Origin: Flavobacteriales bacterium
GTDB lineage: Bacteria > Bacteroidota > Bacteroidia > Flavobacteriales_D > CAJJDF01
Length of the DNA stretch: 47,207 nt
NCBI GenBank assembly: GCA_023255335.1
Contig: JALRIS010000141.1
Span: 1-47,207, forward strand
Direction of reading: 5' to 3'
Part shown: piece after piece, positions 38,416 through 47,207 of the stretch
Layout of the letters: every line of letters begins with the position of its first letter
Position numbering within the stretch: the stretch's first letter is position 1
The notes under the pieces: generated by a model
Database searches by the model: none
Seen by the model: the letters and a program-made list of their open reading frames with translations, nothing else
Told to the model about the DNA's origin: nothing
Translations under genes and position numbers: made by a program

Positions 38416-39484
38416 GTTCTATTCCAAAAATTTTATTTATTTCTCTGATTTGTTCGGGTTTGCCTAACACAAACATCTTGGAACCGGGAATCAATTTTAT
38501 ATCAGGTCTGGGGTTCACAATAAATTCCCCTTCGGGAGTTTTGAATCCAACAATGTTGCATCCCGTATTAAAATCTCCCGCAATAACCGAAATTGTTTTG
38601 TTTTTGTAATTCTCGGGGATGTTTTCGAATGTTATTTCCTCCAAATTTATTTGCGACTCACCTTGGATAGTGATGTGGTCCAAAAACTCTATCACATCTG
38701 GTGTTATTACCAAAGAAGCCATGTGTGCACCCCCCAAAGAATCGGGCATGATGACATTGTTTGCTCCAGCAATTTTCAACTTTTTAACGGAAGAACTTTG
38801 AGAAGCTCGACTAATAATTTTCAGTTTGGGGTTTAATTCTTTTGCCGAGAGCACCACAAACAAGTTGTCCGCATCCGAAGGTAAAGTTGTAATCAATGCC
38901 GAAGCTGAGTGAATCTGTGCCTTTTCCAAAATCTCATCGGAAGTTGCGTTTCCTTCAATAAACAAATGCTCTTTTGAGGCCCTAAACGCATCCAACAAAT
39001 CGTGACTTTGTTCGATAATGACGTACTTCTTGTCGTGAGCCGTAAGTTCACTCACAGCCTGAGTCCCCACTCTACCGTATCCACAAACAATAACGTGACC
39101 GCTCAATTTTTCTACTTCTTTATTCATTTGATAATCTTTAAAATAAATACGATATTCTCCTTCCAGCAAATATTTAGAAATGGATGAAAGTGCATAGGCA
39201 AACGTACCAAAGCTTAACACAATAAGAACCACGGTAAATAATTTTCCTTCGGGATGCAAAGTTCCCACTTCATTAAAACCCACAGTAGATACTGTAATTA
39301 TTGTCATATAAAAAGCATCAAACAAGGACATTCCTTCGATAATCATATATCCCAAAATACCCGTCAAAACGATAACAATCAGCAAAAATATTGCGTAATA
39401 TATTTTATAAAACAATCGGTAGTTAAACACTGGATTTTTTCTTTTTTTATTGAAAGTAAAGATACAAATTATATTGAGAAACAA
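38408..39484 (-). CDS. Two-TM pore channel with TrkA-N/TrkA-C (RCK) domains and a non-canonical TVGFNE filter
   Basis: 358-aa ORF with a TTG start. Pore region FDAFYMTIITVSTVGFNEVG, RCK Rossmann VIVCGYGRVG, and a C-terminal TrkA-C-like segment. Confidence 0.8.
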   Translation of the reverse strand: MFLNIICIFTFNKKRKNPVFNYRLFYKIYYAIFLLIVIVLTGILGYMIIEGMSLFDAFYMTIITVSTVGFNEVGTLHPEGKLFTVVLIVLSFGTFAYALSSISKYLLEGEYRIYFKDYQMNKEVEKLSGHVIVCGYGRVGTQAVSELTAHDKKYVIIEQSHDLLDAFRASKEHLFIEGNATSDEILEKAQIHSASALITTLPSDADNLFVVLSAKELNPKLKIISRASQSSSVKKLKIAGANNVIMPDSLGGAHMASLVITPDVIEFLDHITIQGESQINLEEITFENIPENYKNKTISVIAGDFNTGCNIVGFKTPEGEFIVNPRPDIKLIPGSKMFVLGKPEQIREINKIFGIEHG

Positions 39485-39569
39485 AGAGGGTGATTTTATT
39501 TTGGCACGGAAATTGGTTTTAGTTTAAAACAAAATTAACCTCCTGTAAAAAGGAATAAAAACAACTACC

Positions 39570-40277
39570 ATGAAAGCAAAAATACTACTTACAGCCCTTT
39601 TGACTTTTCTGATGGTACACGGAAAAGCATTTCAACAAAACAGCACCTTGTTCATCGATGTTCAAGAACAGCCATTCAAGACCTACGTGGTTGTTTTGGA
39701 CGATGGAACCACTTTAGAATCTGAAAGCGATCTACGAATCAACAGAATGAGAGCAGGAAGAAATGGAATCCAAATTTATAAACGAACCTACCGAAAAGGA
39801 AGAAGAAATCAACATACTTTTTTTGACCAACTGATGTTTGATGGAGTTATTCGAATCCAACATAATGCGAAGGTTTTTACGCAACTCATAGGAAGGAGAC
39901 TCATTACGCGAAGGATCATCGAAAAACCGAGAAATGGGAATATCCACAACCAAAGAGTTATGCATCCGCAAAACTTTAGGAGACTTAAACAAGCGGTAAG
40001 GAACGAGAGTTTTGATAAGAACAAGTTACACCTATTAAATATAGCTACCCAACAAAATAACTTTACAACACAACAAGTAGCCGAAATAGTTAATCTTTTC
40101 AGTTTTGATAGTTATAAATTAACTTTTGCAAAAAGAGCGTACCTACAAACAGTAGATCCTCAAAATTACTTTGTTGTTCGTAATAGATTGACATTTAATT
40201 CTTACAGAAGGCAATTGGATGAGTACATCCTTACTCAAACCAACAGGAACTTTCCTCCAAGACAGAGAAGAAGGTAA
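39570..40277 (+). CDS. DUF4476-like secreted protein
   Basis: 235-aa ORF with a signal peptide and an Arg-rich middle. The C-terminal pattern FDKNKLHLLNIATQQNNFTTQQVAEIVNLFSFDSYKLTFAKRAY...DPQNY is typical of DUF4476. Confidence 0.7.
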   Translation: MKAKILLTALLTFLMVHGKAFQQNSTLFIDVQEQPFKTYVVVLDDGTTLESESDLRINRMRAGRNGIQIYKRTYRKGRRNQHTFFDQLMFDGVIRIQHNAKVFTQLIGRRLITRRIIEKPRNGNIHNQRVMHPQNFRRLKQAVRNESFDKNKLHLLNIATQQNNFTTQQVAEIVNLFSFDSYKLTFAKRAYLQTVDPQNYFVVRNRLTFNSYRRQLDEYILTQTNRNFPPRQRRR

Positions 40278-40313
40278 AAAAAAGGTTCGAACTAGTTAGT
40301 TCGAACCTTTTTT
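40276..40313. terminator. Bidirectional intrinsic terminator between the DUF4476 and NUDIX genes
   Basis: A 12-bp stem, AAAGGTTCGAAC (40281-40292) pairing with GTTCGAACCTTT (40299-40310), flanked by an A-run and a T-run. The right arm encodes the last NUDIX codons. Confidence 0.75.
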
Positions 40314-40915
40314 AATTCCAAATAAGCCTCTAGCACATCACTGATCGACAGAAATGTATTTTGGTTCACTTTCTCAAATTTATCCACGGACATCCAGCGG
40401 ACTTTTGTAATATCCTCTTCTAATTGAGGAATCAATTCTTCCTCTCCGTCATAATCCATCACGAACCAATACGATTTTTTTAAGCACTCCTTTCCTTTGT
40501 TCTTGAATTTGTGAAAAGTCGTAATTAGTTCTTCGCGTATCACTGGGTTTGTAATACCACATTCTTCCTCCACTTCTCTCACCGCTCCAGCTTTTACCTT
40601 TTCGTGCTTTTCGAGCTTTCCTTTAGGTAAATCCCATTTTCCGCGTCTAAAAATAAACAAAACCTCATCTTTCTTATTCACAACTAATCCACCTCCGGCT
40701 TCTACAATTCTGTATCGTTTCTTCAAGATTTTATTCATCAATCTTTCTGTTAAAAAATTGACTATCATTTCTTTATCTCCTTCTTTCTTCGAAACTATCG
40801 CATCAAAATCTTCGAAAGAATAACACGTGGTAAAAGATATATCCTTTTTGATAAATGATTTTTTCAGGTTAAATCCTATCCAAAATACCCTTTCATTGAT
40901 AAAAACTTTATACAT
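40292..40915 (-). CDS. NUDIX hydrolase with about 70-aa N-terminal extension
   Basis: 207-aa ORF with Nudix box GKWDLPKGKLEKHEKVKAGAVREVEEECGI. Confidence 0.85.
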   Translation of the reverse strand: MYKVFINERVFWIGFNLKKSFIKKDISFTTCYSFEDFDAIVSKKEGDKEMIVNFLTERLMNKILKKRYRIVEAGGGLVVNKKDEVLFIFRRGKWDLPKGKLEKHEKVKAGAVREVEEECGITNPVIREELITTFHKFKNKGKECLKKSYWFVMDYDGEEELIPQLEEDITKVRWMSVDKFEKVNQNTFLSISDVLEAYLELKKVRTN

Positions 40916-40918
40916 TTG
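40911..40918 (+). promoter_or_regulatory. Candidate -7 box (TACATTTG) for pyrE, overlapping the NUDIX start codon
   Basis: Matches TAnnTTTG and ends 9 nt before the pyrE ATG at 40928. No well-spaced -33 element was seen. Confidence 0.25.
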
Positions 40919-40927
40919 CGCTCGATT

Positions 40928-41551
40928 ATGATTTTAGACAAAAATACAGCCTCAAAGGTAGCAGAATATTTGTTACAAATAAAAGCAGTGAAACTAAATG
41001 TGGAAGAGCCATTTACATGGGCCTCTGGAATTAAGTCTCCTATTTATTGTGACAACAGAACAATTCTTTCGTACCCAGTGGTACGAACATATATTCGCCA
41101 GCAACTCGCAGAACTTACTGTGGAAGCTTATGGTAAGCCAGATATTATTGCAGGAGTTGCCACAGGTGGGATTGCTCACGGAGCTCTTGTAGCGCAAGAA
41201 CTAGATATGCCTTTCGCTTATGTTCGTTCGTCCGCAAAAGGTCATGGTTTGCAAAACATGATTGAAGGAGTAATGGATAAGGGAAGAACTGTGGTATTGA
41301 TTGAGGACCTAATCTCTACGGGAGGAAGCTCTATCCAAGCAGTAAATGCCGTAAAGGAGCATGGAAACCAAGTAAAAGGAGTTGTGTCTATCATGGATTA
41401 CGGATTCCAAAAAGCAGAAGACAACTTTAAAGATGTTTGTAGCTACTACTCTCTTTGCAACTTCGATGTACTCATCGAAACGGCCTTAGAAAAACAATTT
41501 ATTACGAAAGAAAACTACGACTCACTGCTGAAGTGGAAAGCAACAGTTTAA
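40928..41551 (+). CDS. pyrE: Orotate phosphoribosyltransferase
   Basis: The ORF is 40916..41551 with a TTG start. I prefer the ATG at 40928 (MILDKNTAS...). FTWASGIKSPIYCDNR, and the PRPP loop VVLIEDLISTGGSS. Confidence 0.9.
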   Translation: MILDKNTASKVAEYLLQIKAVKLNVEEPFTWASGIKSPIYCDNRTILSYPVVRTYIRQQLAELTVEAYGKPDIIAGVATGGIAHGALVAQELDMPFAYVRSSAKGHGLQNMIEGVMDKGRTVVLIEDLISTGGSSIQAVNAVKEHGNQVKGVVSIMDYGFQKAEDNFKDVCSYYSLCNFDVLIETALEKQFITKENYDSLLKWKATV

Positions 41552-41631
41552 AGTTATCAACCAGTTTTTATTTCCGTTAAAAACATCTTAGTGGATTCAT
41601 TCTCAAGATTAGATTAATTACTTATTTTTGA

Positions 41632-41661
41632 AGCGTCAGATTTTACTCTGACGCTTTTTTT
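41632..41661 (+). terminator. Intrinsic terminator after pyrE
   Basis: A 9-bp stem, AGCGTCAGA pairing with TCTGACGCT (41632-41655), followed by T7. Confidence 0.75.
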
Positions 41662-41691
41662 ATTGATTTATACCAGACAAAGCACCCTTTC

Positions 41692-42639
41692 ATGGAATCA
41701 ACTCTTACCACAACCAACTACACTTTTCCGGGACAAACAGCCGTTTACAAAGGAAAAGTGAGAGATGTTTACAACATCAACAACCAAAAAATTGTTTTGA
41801 TAGCCTCTGACAGAATTTCGGCATTTGACGCTGTATTACCAAAAGGAATCCCTTACAAAGGACAAATACTTACTTCGATTGCCACGAAGTTTTTGAATGA
41901 AACAAAAGACTTAGTTCCCAATTGGCTAGAGGCTACACCCGATCCAAATGCCGCAATCGGTTTATTTTGCGAGCCTTACAAAGTGGAAATGGTAATACGA
42001 GGATACCTCGCGGGACACGCCTGGAGAGAATATAAATCAGGCAAAAGAACTATTTGTGGTGTAGAAATGCCTGAGGGAATGAAACAAAATGATAAATTTC
42101 CTGAACCCATCATTACACCTGCAACAAAGGCAGAAGACGGAGACCATGATGAAGATATCTCCAAAGAGGAAATCATCACTCAAGGTATTGTAAGTAAAGC
42201 GGAATATGAGCAGCTGGAAAAATACACTCGAGCTCTGTTTCAGAGGGGAACAGAAATTGCCGCAAAGCAAGGTCTTATTTTGGTAGATACGAAATATGAA
42301 TTCGGTAAAAAAGAAGGGGTAATTTACTTGATTGATGAAATTCACACACCGGACTCATCGCGGTATTTCTATGCAGAGGGCTACGAAGAAAGACAGCAAA
42401 AGAATGAGGAGCAAAAACAACTCTCTAAAGAATTTGTACGAGAATGGCTCATAGAAAATGGATTTCAAGGCCTTGAAGGTCAATCGATACCAGAAATTCC
42501 AGACACGTTTGTAGAAACAGTCACAGAACGATACATTGAGTTGTTTGAAAAAATAACGGGAGAAAAATTTATCAAAGCGGACAATTCGGATATTGCAAAC
42601 CGGATAGAATCTAATGTGACGGATTACCTTCAAGTGTAA
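41692..42639 (+). CDS. purC: Phosphoribosylaminoimidazole-succinocarboxamide synthase (long form)
   Basis: 315-aa [21 protein letters not shown] and LVDTKYEFG motifs. Confidence 0.9.
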   Translation: MESTLTTTNYTFPGQTAVYKGKVRDVYNINNQKIVLIASDRISAFDAVLPKGIPYKGQILTSIATKFLNETKDLVPNWLEATPDPNAAIGLFCEPYKVEMVIRGYLAGHAWREYKSGKRTICGVEMPEGMKQNDKFPEPIITPATKAEDGDHDEDISKEEIITQGIVSKAEYEQLEKYTRALFQRGTEIAAKQGLILVDTKYEFGKKEGVIYLIDEIHTPDSSRYFYAEGYEERQQKNEEQKQLSKEFVREWLIENGFQGLEGQSIPEIPDTFVETVTERYIELFEKITGEKFIKADNSDIANRIESNVTDYLQV

Positions 42640-42708
42640 AAACGAAAGTGTAACTTTTGTTACATTCTACTTGAAATTCTAGGGTTATTTTTGTAAAAAA
42701 CAACTCGC

Positions 42709-44331
42709 ATGAATAATAAAACTGCCTATTTCTTTTCTTTGATTCTAGGGATTCAAAGCATCGTTGCTTTTTCTCAGAAAGCGAATTTCCAAGTACACTT
42801 AACACCTATTTCTGTTCCGTCATTAGGCGGGATTCAATCCTTTGCTTTTGCTCAACACAACGGCAAGTGGTTATTGATTGGAGGAAGACTTGATGGGCTT
42901 CATCAAAGACAACCTTTTGCCAGCTTTGACCTGGCGGGACACAACAATCAGCTAATAGTTGTGGATCCCGTTACCAGACAAACTTGGAGCAAATCAATAT
43001 CGTCCTTATCTTCTGCTCTCCAAGATCATGTAAAATCAACAAACGCGGAGTTTTTTCAAGAAGGCAATACCTTGTATCTAGTTGGAGGTTATGGCTACAG
43101 CTCTGCGGCATCCGACCATACCACCTTTGCCAACTTGACGGCCATTGATGTGTCAGCTACAATCAATGCAGTGATAAACAACACGTCCATCACTTCTTTT
43201 TTTCGACAAATCTCAGACTCAAAATTGCAAGTAACTGGTGGAAGGCTCGAAAAAATATACGATACTTATTATTTGGTTGGAGGACAAAAATTTATTGGAA
43301 GATACAATCCAATGGGGCCAACTCACGGACCAGGTTTCATCCAAGAATACACGAATGAAATAAGGAAATTCACAATTTCTGACAATGGCACCTCGCTCTC
43401 GATTAATCATCTAGGTAAGTTGAGAGATACGAATCAGCTACACAGAAGAGACTATAATGTGACACCTCAAATAATGCCAAACGGTCAAGAGGGATTAACT
43501 GCTTTTTCGGGAGTGTTTCAAAAAAACGCGGACATACCTTTCTTGAATTGCGTAAACATCGATAGCAATGGCTATGTTCCAAACAATACTTTTAGTCAAT
43601 ATTACAATCATTATCACTGTGCCAATATTCCGTTGTACTCCAATTATTATTCGGAAATGAGCACCATTTTCTTTGGAGGAATCGCCCAATATTATGACAA
43701 TTCAGGAGTTTTAACACAAGACAACAATGTTCCTTTTGTCAATACTATTGCCCGCGTAACGAGGGACGTAGGCGGAAATATGGCTGAATACAAACTCCCC
43801 GTAACAATGCCTTCCTTGCTGGGAGCTGGATCGGAGTTTATCCCGGTAACCTCCATTCCTCGATACCACAACGGAGTGATAAAATTGGATAGCTTATCTA
43901 CCGACACTACTTTGGTTGGGTACATATTTGGAGGAATTAGCAGTACTGCGCCCAATATTTTCTTTTCTAATACAGGAACCCAAAGTTCTGCGAGCAATCA
44001 ACTTTTTGAAGTAAGGATTATCAAAGGAAACACCTATTCGTTGCCCGAACTGAACAAACAAAGCACAGGAACACTGAAGCTTGTTGTTTTTCCTAATCCT
44101 AACAATGGCATTTTCAACATACACTACACCCTCACTCAACCCTCATCCATCGTAATTCGGATTCTGTCTTCTGATGGAAAAATCATATCGGAACGAACAG
44201 TGAAAAACATGCCTACCGGAAAACACTCTTTTTCTGAAGAAATTCAAGAAATTCGTGCATCTGGAATATACCTTGTTCAACTAAAAACCGACTACGAAAG
44301 CACCACTCAGCGAATTATTCTTTCTCGATAG
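42709..44331 (+). CDS. T9SS type A sorting domain protein (putative Kelch-like beta-propeller)
   Basis: 540-aa ORF with a signal peptide. Repeated GG(R/Y/Q) blade-like motifs (LLIGGRLDG, YLVGGYGY, YLVGGQKF, IFFGGIAQY, YIFGGISS). The C-terminal LKLVVFPNPNNGIFNI...GIYLVQLKT matches the Por secretion tail. Confidence 0.8.
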   Translation: MNNKTAYFFSLILGIQSIVAFSQKANFQVHLTPISVPSLGGIQSFAFAQHNGKWLLIGGRLDGLHQRQPFASFDLAGHNNQLIVVDPVTRQTWSKSISSLSSALQDHVKSTNAEFFQEGNTLYLVGGYGYSSAASDHTTFANLTAIDVSATINAVINNTSITSFFRQISDSKLQVTGGRLEKIYDTYYLVGGQKFIGRYNPMGPTHGPGFIQEYTNEIRKFTISDNGTSLSINHLGKLRDTNQLHRRDYNVTPQIMPNGQEGLTAFSGVFQKNADIPFLNCVNIDSNGYVPNNTFSQYYNHYHCANIPLYSNYYSEMSTIFFGGIAQYYDNSGVLTQDNNVPFVNTIARVTRDVGGNMAEYKLPVTMPSLLGAGSEFIPVTSIPRYHNGVIKLDSLSTDTTLVGYIFGGISSTAPNIFFSNTGTQSSASNQLFEVRIIKGNTYSLPELNKQSTGTLKLVVFPNPNNGIFNIHYTLTQPSSIVIRILSSDGKIISERTVKNMPTGKHSFSEEIQEIRASGIYLVQLKTDYESTTQRIILSR

Positions 44332-45739
44332 ATTCACCAAAAAACATGGCATTAAAATTCGCCAAATATAGTTTTGTTTTCGCCCGCGTGAAAGCGGTAT
44401 ACAGCCATCTTAAATATTCGGGATTTACCATTTCTTTGGTTAAGTAACCCTGATCAATAAACACCGTATCCCACTGTCCTCCCTGCGACTTGTGGCAGGT
44501 TACGGCATAGGAGAACTTTACCTGAAGTGCATTAAAATAAGGATTTTTCAATACTTTTTCCATCCGTTCCCTCTTTCCCGGAAATTCATCTAAGTACTCC
44601 TTTTCTATTTCAAAATAGAGAGTTTTGAGCTTGGCTCGAGGTAAATTTGTTGTTTCTACCATAATGGCATCCAACATCAGTTTTACTTCAAAGGGCTCTT
44701 CGTCTGGATAATCCACTAGCCGAATTTCGACTGAGGCAAATTTGAATCCATATAATTCCTCAATTTTGCTTATTCGCAACAATTCGATAATATCGCCATT
44801 GGCAATAAAACCCGCCTTGGACTTATCGGATAGCCAGTGATAATTATTCTTAACTACCATCATTAAATCTCCCGCGTCAATCTCCTCTTCTTTGTAGAGA
44901 ATTCTGGCTCTAATGTGCTGGTTAAATAGGTTTGCTCGTTTGTTGGATCTACACAAAACTATGCAGTTTTCGACTCCAAAACTGGCATACGAACTTTCCA
45001 ATTCGTCTTGCAGCTCATTGCCCACAACCTGAAGAACATCTTCATACTCGCGGTTAGAAATAAGCGGCAACAATTCTTTCTCATGAATTTTGTTTCGAAT
45101 CTGTGTAGCATTTACCAAAATACCAGATTCTTGTTTCTGGCGCACTACTTGCGTCAATCTGTACTCAAAAACCTCTGCGTAAAAAGTAGACTCCAAAAAC
45201 TTTGGGTCGAGTGCTCGACTCAACTCTTCTCCCACAGGTGGTAATTGGGCGGTATCGCCTACAAAGAGTATGGCACACCTCTTTCCTTCGTACACATACT
45301 CCATCAAATCATCCAACAGGGATTTCTTGTCCATGTAGGAATTATCTCCTATCATAGAGGCTTCGTCCACAATAAATAGGGTATTCGAAAGGGTATTTTT
45401 CTTTAGTACAAATAAACTTCTACCTCCCACATACTTGTACGTGTAGATCATTTTATGAATCGTAAACGCCCTCCTTCCCGAATAGGAAGAAATCACCTTT
45501 GCGGCCCTTCCGGTGGGAGCCAACAATACCGTTTTTAAGTTCAATTTTCCGATCACTTTGGTAAGCGCAGAAACTAAAGTTGTTTTACCAGTTCCTGCAT
45601 ATCCATTCAGTACAAAAAGCTTTTTGGCACTTCCCGATGTAAGAAAATCATGAAGCCGTTCAATTAGTTTGGACTGATCCTCAGTAAAAGGAAATTCAAA
45701 CTGACTTGCAATTAATTCTTCAAACTTTTCTTGTTGCAT
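44315..45739 (-). CDS. RecD-like SF1 DNA helicase
   Basis: 474-aa ORF. Walker A NGYAGTGKTT, Walker B FIVDEASM, and C-terminal AVTCHKSQGGQWDTVFI and YTAFTRA motifs. Confidence 0.85.
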   Translation of the reverse strand: MQQEKFEELIASQFEFPFTEDQSKLIERLHDFLTSGSAKKLFVLNGYAGTGKTTLVSALTKVIGKLNLKTVLLAPTGRAAKVISSYSGRRAFTIHKMIYTYKYVGGRSLFVLKKNTLSNTLFIVDEASMIGDNSYMDKKSLLDDLMEYVYEGKRCAILFVGDTAQLPPVGEELSRALDPKFLESTFYAEVFEYRLTQVVRQKQESGILVNATQIRNKIHEKELLPLISNREYEDVLQVVGNELQDELESSYASFGVENCIVLCRSNKRANLFNQHIRARILYKEEEIDAGDLMMVVKNNYHWLSDKSKAGFIANGDIIELLRISKIEELYGFKFASVEIRLVDYPDEEPFEVKLMLDAIMVETTNLPRAKLKTLYFEIEKEYLDEFPGKRERMEKVLKNPYFNALQVKFSYAVTCHKSQGGQWDTVFIDQGYLTKEMVNPEYLRWLYTAFTRAKTKLYLANFNAMFFGESIEKE

Positions 45740-45928
45740 AAAACGAAAATGAATTCAAAAACGGAGGAAAACAATAATAAGAATACCGTTTACAAAGATT
45801 ATTTACCCCAAAATAAATGAAATATTAAATAATATGTAAATAACGGAGAATAACTCTAAATTTAATTTTTTCAATGAAAAAAATTTTTAATTTTGTTTCT
45901 ATAAGAAACCCGCAATAAATAAAACTAC

Positions 45929-46798
45929 ATGGATATTTTTGATGAATTTTGGTTGTTTGTAAGAAAATACCTTTTCTCTATACTTTTAATCTTAGCAGGA
46001 ATTTCATGCTTGATAGTAGGAGCTAGCTCAAACGGAGGAACAGATTTAACACAAAGTGCCTACTTCATCTATGGTTCTATCGGATTATTTATCCTTGGAT
46101 TTGTGTCGTTGTTTTTTATCCTACAACAAAAAATATCGAGAGGAATTACTGCCGGACTCTCTCTCATTTTTATCGCAGGATCTTTTTTCTACTTATTTTT
46201 GAATTTTAAAACTGTAGAAGATAGAATTATTTATTTGGCTGAAGTAGAAGAGTCGCAAGATTTAGCAAAACAAGGACTAAAAGACATTCAAAAACTTCAA
46301 GAGGCTTACGACAGAAAGTATAGAAAATTTGCTGGAAGTTTTACTGAGTTAATTCAATTTGCAAAAAATGATTCGATTAAAGTATTGGTAAAAGCAGAAG
46401 GTGATTTACCTTCTAGAAAAATGACAGTGGAAGAAGGAAGGTCATTGGGGTATAGATATCCAAAAGAAGTTTGGACTGAGGCAGACGCGTTAAAACTAGG
46501 GTTGATCGTGAGAGATTATGCAAAAATTCCAGTTTCTCAAGACTTGTTCAGTGAAGAAGAACAAGAGAAACAAAATAGAATTTATCCGTTTGACATTGAT
46601 AAATTAACGGTTCAAAGAACGATTAAAAATGATACTGCCAAGAAAACATTTGTCATGGAAACCAAACTAGTTGATTCTACTCTTCATGTAGAAATCTCCT
46701 CTATCCCTCCTTATGGTCCTCAATTCGACTATGACGTTACAGAAGTTTTCAAATTGGGAGGATTGGAAGAAAAAAGCATGAAATCAAACTGGAAATAA
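45929..46798 (+). CDS. Hypothetical membrane protein (3 TM helices plus about 190-aa soluble domain)
   Basis: 289-aa ORF with three N-terminal hydrophobic helices. I recognise no family. Confidence 0.6.
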   Translation: MDIFDEFWLFVRKYLFSILLILAGISCLIVGASSNGGTDLTQSAYFIYGSIGLFILGFVSLFFILQQKISRGITAGLSLIFIAGSFFYLFLNFKTVEDRIIYLAEVEESQDLAKQGLKDIQKLQEAYDRKYRKFAGSFTELIQFAKNDSIKVLVKAEGDLPSRKMTVEEGRSLGYRYPKEVWTEADALKLGLIVRDYAKIPVSQDLFSEEEQEKQNRIYPFDIDKLTVQRTIKNDTAKKTFVMETKLVDSTLHVEISSIPPYGPQFDYDVTEVFKLGGLEEKSMKSNWK

Positions 46799-46835
46799 CT
46801 CCAAGATTTCTTTCACACATTAATTAATTACCACG

Positions 46836-47207
46836 ATGGTAGTATTTTACAACATGACAGAAAATGAAGTAAAATCTTACCCGGACTTTCATCTATCCAT
46901 AGAAATCTATCCACAAAGAGTTTCATTACTCCTTGTAAACAAGAAAAATGCGAAACCCGAAGCGATTGAACATCTTTCGGGAAATAGCCAAGATTTTACT
47001 CAGCTCATTTCTCAAAGCAAAATCACTTCCATTGCCACTCCAAACTCGGTGAGTGCTACCTTCATAAATTCACTCTTTTCGCTTGTGCCCAAGGCACTTT
47101 ATCAAGAAGAACACAAGGAAACTTATTTGAGTCAAGTTGTTTCGCTTGGCCCCGAGCACAAAGTGAAATGTGATTCGTTTCTTACTCAAGATATCGTTAC
47201 ATGCTTT
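46836..47207 (+). CDS. Hypothetical protein, possibly DUF3822-like; 3'-truncated by the window edge
   Basis: The frame is open from the ATG at 46836 (in-frame alternative ATG at 46854, MTENEVKSYPDFHLSIEIYPQRVSLLLVN...) to the end of the window. It is absent from the ORF track because it has no stop. The family guess rests only on the N-terminal pattern. Confidence 0.5.
   Translation, partial: MVVFYNMTENEVKSYPDFHLSIEIYPQRVSLLLVNKKNAKPEAIEHLSGNSQDFTQLISQSKITSIATPNSVSATFINSLFSLVPKALYQEEHKETYLSQVVSLGPEHKVKCDSFLTQDIVTCF

Noticed and set aside
41552-41691. Possible purine riboswitch or attenuator upstream of purC
   Set aside because: The spacer is explained by the pyrE terminator (41632-41661). 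I could not see the conserved purine-riboswitch core or any alternative-pairing structure.
45873-45917. 14-codon ORF (MKKIFNFVSIRNPQ) in the helicase/membrane-protein spacer
   Set aside because: It lies in an AT-rich promoter region where such ORFs arise by chance. There is no supporting signal.
1-47207. CRISPR arrays, IS elements, long direct or inverted repeats, and defence-island hallmarks
   Set aside because: Reading both strands I found no regularly spaced repeats, transposase or integrase motifs, or restriction, Abi or TA-like genes. The only repeats seen are intragenic domain duplications (ComEA-like, TamB, T9SS proteins).

Overview
By eye this 47.2-kb window is AT-rich (GC roughly in the high 30s percent, not computed). 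It is densely coded and reads as core chromosome of a Bacteroidota bacterium, probably Flavobacteriia-like. Lineage markers are T9SS type A and type B C-terminal sorting domains, a GWxTD protein, the DUF4290-murA pair, the divergent tsaD/tamB pair, an HYC_CC_PP protein, and TAnnTTTG-type -7 boxes. I call 2 tRNAs (Leu-TAA, Gly-GCC) and about 44 protein genes. These are mostly housekeeping: rocD, a UvrD-family helicase, murA, grpE-dnaJ, tsaD, tamB, rlmB, rmuC, recX, rpe, rpsU, apt, pyrE, purC, an acyl-CoA dehydrogenase, an AGCS symporter, a K+ channel, an S8 peptidase and a RecD-like helicase. I also call several intrinsic terminators and candidate promoters. I see no CRISPR array, transposase, integrase, phage gene, toxin-antitoxin pair or recognisable defence gene, and no sign of an island next to the tRNAs. 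I therefore cannot point to a confident novel system. The best candidates for under-described biology, in order: (1) a TonB-dependent receptor with an N-terminal HMA (CxxC) domain paired with a Cys-rich HYC_CC_PP protein; (2) an output-less 4HB_MCP-like sensor plus a small CxxC membrane protein heading the rmuC gene string; (3) an orphan bidirectional terminator in the rocD/uvrD divergent spacer, which implies an unannotated short transcript. Smaller protein-level oddities are a Cys-rich insertion in RocD, a GFN K+ channel filter, a DnaJ with two rather than four zinc-finger motifs, and back-to-back nudix/pyrE start codons. All family names come from motif recognition by eye, not database searches.
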